From NCBI GenBank assembly GCA_018401955.1, contig JAGYJT010000002.1, positions 27,723 to 91,722 of the forward strand: a DNA stretch of 64,000 bases. The letters are read 5' to 3'. The notes beneath the pieces are model-generated. The model searched no databases and had not been told where the DNA came from. It saw nothing but the letters and a program-made list of their open reading frames with translations. This DNA comes from Chitinophagales bacterium. GTDB taxonomy: Bacteria > Bacteroidota > Bacteroidia > Chitinophagales > CAIOSU01. Of the stretch, positions 58,766 to 64,000 are shown piece by piece (positions within the stretch are counted from its first letter, which is position 1; the number at the start of each line of letters is the position of its first letter). The translations under genes were made by a program, and so were the position numbers.

Positions 58766-59197
58766 AACACACTTTTTTTTGCGAAAATAAAGATTTTATC
58801 AAGTTATAAGCGAATTTCTCCTTTCCTGTAAAGCGAGTTATTTATCTAGCGTAGTTTTTCAACTTGTGCCTTTTTATGAGGCAAGTTCCCAACTTGCTTT
58901 CCGCCTTAGCGGAAAAACGTGTGGGGAGTAAAACACAACTACGCATTAATCCTAAGCATCGCCTAAACTGCAACACCCGCACCAACAGGCCAGCGCAGAT
59001 GCCTTCTCGTTTCAAACGAGACTTCGGCATGACGGCCAGCTTCCGCTTACAACAGCCTCCCCCATCAAAAAACCGCAACTTAAAGCTCCCCTCCTTCGCA
59101 TGGCCCTGAGCGTTTTTTTGGCCAAGGAGGGGCTGGGGGTGGTCAAATGCCCGCAACATTTCCCTAAATTTGCGCTATACACTAACTATACCCAAAA

Positions 59198-60541
59198 ATG
59201 GAATTGACCCCACTTACCGCTGTTTCCCCTATTGATGGCCGCTATCACGAAAAAACTGCAGCATTAGCAGCATATTTTTCCGAATGGGCCTTGTTTAAAT
59301 ATCGGGTTTGGGTAGAAGTAGAATATTTTATTGCCCTTACAGCAACTGATGTGCCTGCATTGGCTGGTTTTAGTAACGAAAAGAACGAGGAATTACGTTC
59401 CCTTTACCGAGAGTTTAGCGAAGCCGATGCCGCCAAAATAAAAACCATTGAGCGCATTACCAACCACGACGTAAAGGCCGTGGAGTATTGGCTAAAGGAG
59501 CGTTTCGAGAAATTGGGCCTGGGCGAGTTTAAAGAATACATCCACTTTGGCCTTACCAGCCAAGATGTGAACAATACCAGCGTGCCCATGAGCATTCGCG
59601 ATGCGGTGCAAGAGGTGATGATACCGCAGTTAAAAGAGTTGGTATTTACGCTCGATAAAATGGCGTTCGAGTATAAAGACATACCATTGCTAGCACGCAC
59701 CCACGGTCAGCCGGCCTCCCCTACCCGCTTAGGCAAAGAGTTATTGGTATTTGTAGAGCGATTAGATAGGCAGATAAAACAACTGGAAGCCGTGCCATTT
59801 TGTGCCAAGTTTGGCGGTGCCACGGGAAACTTTAATGCCCACCACGTTGCTTTCCCTGCAATTGATTGGGTGGAGTTTGGCAATCATTTTACACACAAGC
59901 ACCTAAAACTTGAGCGCTACCAGCTAACCACGCAGATAGAGCACTACGACAACTTGGCTGCACTGTTCGATAACTTTAAGCGCATCAATACCATCATCGT
60001 TGATTTGTGCCGCGATATGTGGACCTACATCAGTATGGACTACTTTAAGCAGCAAATCAAAAAAGACGAGGTGGGCAGCAGCGCTATGCCGCACAAGGTA
60101 AACCCCATCGATTTTGAAAATGCCGAAGGTAACCTAGGACTAGCCAACGCCATTTTTGAGCACCTATCGGCCAAGCTACCTATTAGCCGCCTGCAGCGCG
60201 ACTTAACCGATAGCACCGTGCTACGCAACGTGGGTGTGCCTTTTGCCCACACGCTTATTGCCCTGCAAAGCACCCAAAAGGGCTTGGGCAAATTGCTGGT
60301 AAATGAAGCCAAAATCCGCAAAGACCTAGAGGACAACTGGATGGTAGTAGCCGAGGGCATACAGACCGTGCTTCGTCGCGAAAACTACCCGGCACCCTAC
60401 GAAAAGCTAAAAGAACTTACCCGCACCAACGCCGCCATTACCGAAAGTACGATACACAACTTTATTGATACGCTGGATGTTAACGATACCGTGAAAGCCG
60501 AGCTAAAACAGATTACCCCGTACAACTACACTGGTGTATGA
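59198..60541 (+). CDS. purB: Adenylosuccinate lyase
   Basis: SPIDGRY, TNHDVKAVEY, RTHGQPA, GSSAMPHKVNPIDFEN. Confidence 0.99.
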   Translation: MELTPLTAVSPIDGRYHEKTAALAAYFSEWALFKYRVWVEVEYFIALTATDVPALAGFSNEKNEELRSLYREFSEADAAKIKTIERITNHDVKAVEYWLKERFEKLGLGEFKEYIHFGLTSQDVNNTSVPMSIRDAVQEVMIPQLKELVFTLDKMAFEYKDIPLLARTHGQPASPTRLGKELLVFVERLDRQIKQLEAVPFCAKFGGATGNFNAHHVAFPAIDWVEFGNHFTHKHLKLERYQLTTQIEHYDNLAALFDNFKRINTIIVDLCRDMWTYISMDYFKQQIKKDEVGSSAMPHKVNPIDFENAEGNLGLANAIFEHLSAKLPISRLQRDLTDSTVLRNVGVPFAHTLIALQSTQKGLGKLLVNEAKIRKDLEDNWMVVAEGIQTVLRRENYPAPYEKLKELTRTNAAITESTIHNFIDTLDVNDTVKAELKQITPYNYTGV

Positions 60542-60560
60542 TACTTCGACTCCGCTCAGT

Positions 60561-60701
60561 ATGACAAATTTAGAAGAAGGAATAGACTACTACTTTAACG
60601 ACCAGGGCCTTATGGTAATGACCGAGGCCTACCACCTTAAGCGTGGCTATTGCTGCGGCAATGGGTGCAAGCACTGCCCGTATGGGCCGGATAAGGGTTG
60701 A
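60561..60701 (+). CDS. DUF5522-like small Cys-rich protein (46 aa, not in ORF track)
   Basis: Manual translation MTNLEEGIDYYFNDQGLMVMTEAYHLKRGYCCGNGCKHCPYGPDKG. Confidence 0.88.
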   Translation: MTNLEEGIDYYFNDQGLMVMTEAYHLKRGYCCGNGCKHCPYGPDKG

Positions 60702-60906
60702 ATGGGGTTATTATTTAGTTTGTTGGATTATTAGTAACTCAACACCCCCCCAATGAGCAAGCATACATCTATACCATCTTGGTCTTTGCATACAAAAAAG
60801 ACAAGTAAAATTTTGACAGGCTGAAAGCCGTTTTACAACGATACTTTTAAATAATGCCTGCAACCAATCACATATACTCTCAGTCTTATTTATTAGCTTA
60901 GATATT

Positions 60907-61023
60907 ATGGAGCAATTGGGTCGTTTTGCAATGGGAGTTATAATGATTTGGGCAATGCTTTTAACGGCATCTTGCCAAAAGGACACAAACTTGTCGAAAC
61001 CAATAATGCTCCAACAGAAATGA
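60907..61023 (+). pseudogene. Short or frameshifted lipoprotein gene
   Basis: MEQLGRFAMGVIMIWAMLLTASCQKD lipobox, stop after 38 aa. Confidence 0.4.
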
Positions 61024-61108
61024 ACAGCAACGACAGTATGTATTGGTTGCAAAATACCGGTGGCTTGGCCACTGCCAACAAAAGTTTTACAAAAAGGAAT
61101 TAAGCTAT

Positions 61109-61639
61109 ATGAAAAGGACCATTGTAATGCTACTCATCGGTTTTGCGCTATTATATTCTTGTAAAAAAAATGAGCCCACAGAAACCAACAAAGAACAGGA
61201 GACGCAAGGCACAGGCCATGTGCTAGGATATTATATTGACAGCACCTTTATTGGCACTTGGCAATTATCTGGTAGCTATATTGGCGAGTTTGATGATGTA
61301 GGTAATAGTGGCTGGAGTTACCAATCAGTATCTTACCAAAACAGGTACATTGATTTTCAGCAAAACGGCTTGATGGTGAGTTACACCCTTGCCACACCGG
61401 GTAACAGATCCAACGCTGATACACTTATTTACTCAAATAGCGCTCCTGCTGTTACTCCATCTAAGTTACGCTATTTCAATTACCAACTAGCAATTGATAG
61501 CAATGGCAACTCCGTTTACGAATTTGCATATCCTAAAAGCGAATATATTATTCGTTCATACAGCGATACTATTATTCTGGAACTAACCAGCGTAATTAAC
61601 ACTACCAGGGTTGATACGATAATATTTGTGGCGCAATGA
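61109..61639 (+). CDS. Hypothetical lipoprotein (lipocalin-like)
   Basis: MKRTIV...LYSC lipobox, FIGTWQL. Confidence 0.75.
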   Translation: MKRTIVMLLIGFALLYSCKKNEPTETNKEQETQGTGHVLGYYIDSTFIGTWQLSGSYIGEFDDVGNSGWSYQSVSYQNRYIDFQQNGLMVSYTLATPGNRSNADTLIYSNSAPAVTPSKLRYFNYQLAIDSNGNSVYEFAYPKSEYIIRSYSDTIILELTSVINTTRVDTIIFVAQ

Positions 61640-61701
61640 TTTGCCAATAGCTTAACAACCCTCCATACCACATCTCATTTTTGTTTAATTTCGCTCCCTA
61701 C

Positions 61702-62976
61702 ATGGGCCGCAAATTAGTTTCAACAGGTACATATACTGCTATAATGGCAACGCTGTTTCTAAGCGAAACCGCTTTGCTTACCATATTCGCCAATAAATTT
61801 GGCGAGTACGCCTCCCCAATAGTATTGTTTGTTGTAGCCTTAAGCGCTGGGCTGGTACCTTTGTTTTTGCAACCTGCTTCACGTACATTGATTCAACCAT
61901 CAAAACCTTGGAGTAACTATGTACATGGCGGCTTATTGCTGCTTGGTGTTTTACTTGTTGTTGGCAACCTCAATAACATCATTAACAGACATGACATCAA
62001 CGTTCAAATCTCCGACATCATTCCTCAGATGCAGGTATTATCTACCCGTTTCTTAAATGGCGAAATGCCATACAAAATGATTACTGATTGGGGTTGGGAT
62101 ATGTACCCAACCTACCAGCCACTGCAATGGCTGCCATTTTGCATACCCAACTTCTTTCATTTCGATTTCCGCTGGTGGAGTTTGGTAATTTGGATTGCGG
62201 CCGTGCTTATCTATCAAAACAAACTGCGAAAAGAAAGCTTGCCTCCCCTAGCTCAGTTTGGCCTTTGCCTATTGCCCTTTATAGCTGTTGCCGCTTTTTA
62301 CCAATACCAGTTTATGGTATTGGCATACACTGTTGAGCTTATCATTGCTGCCTATTATTTGTTTTTGGCATTTTCCATCAAAAGCCGCTCGGTTTGGGTT
62401 ATTGCAAGTGGCATAGTGTTGTGCCTACTATCGCGCTATTCGGTAATACTTTGGCTACCGTTGTACTTCTTCCTGCTGCTTTTTTATTGGGATAAAAAGA
62501 AAACCCTTTGGGCCAGTGCAATTATACTAGGTGGCTTTGTGCTCATTTACGTGCTGCCATTTATGACCCGCGACTGGGAGTTTTTCTTCAAAGGATACCA
62601 ATACCACTCGCATGCCGCTTTGGGCGAATGGAAGCACAATGGCGACAATGGTAAAGCTATCCACCTGTTTCAAGGGGTAGGGTTTGCTTGTTATTTCTAT
62701 GATTTTGCTACGGGCACTTTGGTTGAAAAGTTAAAGCTTGCGCAGAAAGCCCACCTAATTGCTAGCCTTGGCACTGTTGCTTTGCTAGGGTTATGGTGGT
62801 ACCGCAGCTTGCATAAAATCATTTCGGTAAGAGTATTTTTACTGTGCAGCTTAAAGATATACTTGGTAGTTTTTTACTCGTTTATACAGATTCCTTATAT
62901 CTACTTAATGCTGGTGCCACTATTTGTTGGCTTACCACTATTGCTTCCAAGTTTTGTGCGCAATGATGAGGTTTAA
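61702..62976 (+). CDS. Polytopic membrane protein, putative GT-C glycosyltransferase
   Basis: About 10 TM helices, loop SDIIP...GEMPY...YPTYQP. Confidence 0.7.
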   Translation: MGRKLVSTGTYTAIMATLFLSETALLTIFANKFGEYASPIVLFVVALSAGLVPLFLQPASRTLIQPSKPWSNYVHGGLLLLGVLLVVGNLNNIINRHDINVQISDIIPQMQVLSTRFLNGEMPYKMITDWGWDMYPTYQPLQWLPFCIPNFFHFDFRWWSLVIWIAAVLIYQNKLRKESLPPLAQFGLCLLPFIAVAAFYQYQFMVLAYTVELIIAAYYLFLAFSIKSRSVWVIASGIVLCLLSRYSVILWLPLYFFLLLFYWDKKKTLWASAIILGGFVLIYVLPFMTRDWEFFFKGYQYHSHAALGEWKHNGDNGKAIHLFQGVGFACYFYDFATGTLVEKLKLAQKAHLIASLGTVALLGLWWYRSLHKIISVRVFLLCSLKIYLVVFYSFIQIPYIYLMLVPLFVGLPLLLPSFVRNDEV

Positions 62977-63088
62977 GAAAATATACTTGTCGTAATTCAC
63001 CTGCAACACTGTCGTTTTTTACGCCCAATCAAAGCCCAAAGCTTCTTATTTTTGTTATCATCAACTCTACCCTATATATATAGATGAC

Positions 63089-63502
63089 ATGGCACCTATA
63101 ATAACCATTGAAACAACTGTAAACGCCCCGATTGAAAAGGTTTGGAGCTATTGGACTAGCCCTGACCACATTACCCAATGGAATGCCGCAAACGAAGATT
63201 GGCATACTACTAAGGCCGAGAACGATTTAAAAGTAGGCGGTAAATTCTCTTCGCGTATGGAAGCCAAAGACGGCAGTTTTGGGTTTGACTTTGGAGGAAC
63301 CTATACCGAAGTAGTTACGAATGAAAAAATAACTTACACCCTAGAGGACGACCGCAAGGTGAGCATCACTTTTACCCAAACTCCTGAAGGCGTAAATGTT
63401 GTAGAAGTATTTGAAGCCGAAACACAAAACTCAGAAGAGCTGCAACGCAGTGGCTGGCAGGCCATTCTGGATAACTTTAAGCGATATACCGAAAACCTTT
63501 GA
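63089..63502 (+). CDS. SRPBCC/AHA1 family protein
   Basis: APIEKVW, MEAKDGSFGFDF, GWQAILDNFK. Confidence 0.93.
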   Translation: MAPIITIETTVNAPIEKVWSYWTSPDHITQWNAANEDWHTTKAENDLKVGGKFSSRMEAKDGSFGFDFGGTYTEVVTNEKITYTLEDDRKVSITFTQTPEGVNVVEVFEAETQNSEELQRSGWQAILDNFKRYTENL

Positions 63503-63525
63503 CATCTCAGTAACGAGCATTTTAT

Positions 63526-63882
63526 TCAATAAATACCTTTAGGAACACCTTGTTTGGTTGGCGAACCACTTGGGGTTGTTGAAGGCACTGTGTTAGGTGA
63601 GCTTGGCACATTGCTTGGCGGTATACCAGGGGTAGTATCAGGTGCGCCAGGTGCGGTTTTAGGTGCATTGTTGGGTGTAGTTGGTGCCGGGGTAGGTGTT
63701 ACGTTTCGTGGTTCACCCAAAACGGTATCCTGTGAGTAGTTATTTGGGTTTGCTGGGTTTACATTCATTTCATTGTTTAAGGTATCCACTACTACTGGCG
63801 GGTTTTCTTGGGCATGCATTTCAGCACTGCATACAACTGTTGCGACAATCAATGTTACTATGGCTATGATATGATTTTTCAT
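63526..63882 (-). CDS. Hypothetical secreted Pro/Thr-rich protein
   Basis: Signal peptide then low-complexity P/T/N region. Confidence 0.7.
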   Translation of the reverse strand: MKNHIIAIVTLIVATVVCSAEMHAQENPPVVVDTLNNEMNVNPANPNNYSQDTVLGEPRNVTPTPAPTTPNNAPKTAPGAPDTTPGIPPSNVPSSPNTVPSTTPSGSPTKQGVPKGIY

Positions 63883-64000
63883 GTTACTTGTTTTGGTAGC
63901 CACTATGCTGAAATAATTGTACCAAAACTTGTAGTCAAAAATGGCGTAGGCAAAGCCTGTAGGTTAACAGCATCAAAAAACAAGATATTACTAAGGTATA

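Noticed and set aside
58842-59159. Overlapping 105-aa and 81-aa ORFs upstream of purB
   Set aside because: No motifs, mutual overlap, and the region looks like promoter and palindrome sequence
8491-63903. Numerous antisense or nested ORFs over long genes
   Set aside because: Shadows of well-supported CDSs on another strand or frame

Overview
A Bacteroidota chromosome segment, judged from T9SS C-terminal sorting domains, TAnnTTTG promoters, no Shine-Dalgarno motifs and a tmRNA tag ending in YAMAA. Bases 1 to about 8320 are the right end of an AT-rich integrated element. It carries a tyrosine integrase, a Xis-like HTH, an exonuclease-less family-A-like (TV-Pol-type) polymerase, an XRE regulator and small secreted or membrane cargo genes. 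It ends at a probable tRNA-Ala 3' remnant followed by a terminator. The rest is core and accessory chromosome: an S1P-lyase-like enzyme, two large T9SS surface proteins, PhoD, pirin, miaE, ssrA, dps, an MBOAT pair, two TonB receptors, pnp-rpsO, MntR, Hsp20, topA and purB. The strongest unexplained signal is non-coding. At 11635-12283 lie two tandem candidate structured RNAs, each with an upstream 21-bp-period operator, a consensus promoter, a 107-122 nt rod-like hairpin with a central bubble and an almost identical 63-nt 3' end. Several shared regulatory motifs and REP-like repeats are also visible. All calls were made by eye from motifs; no searches or folding programs were run.
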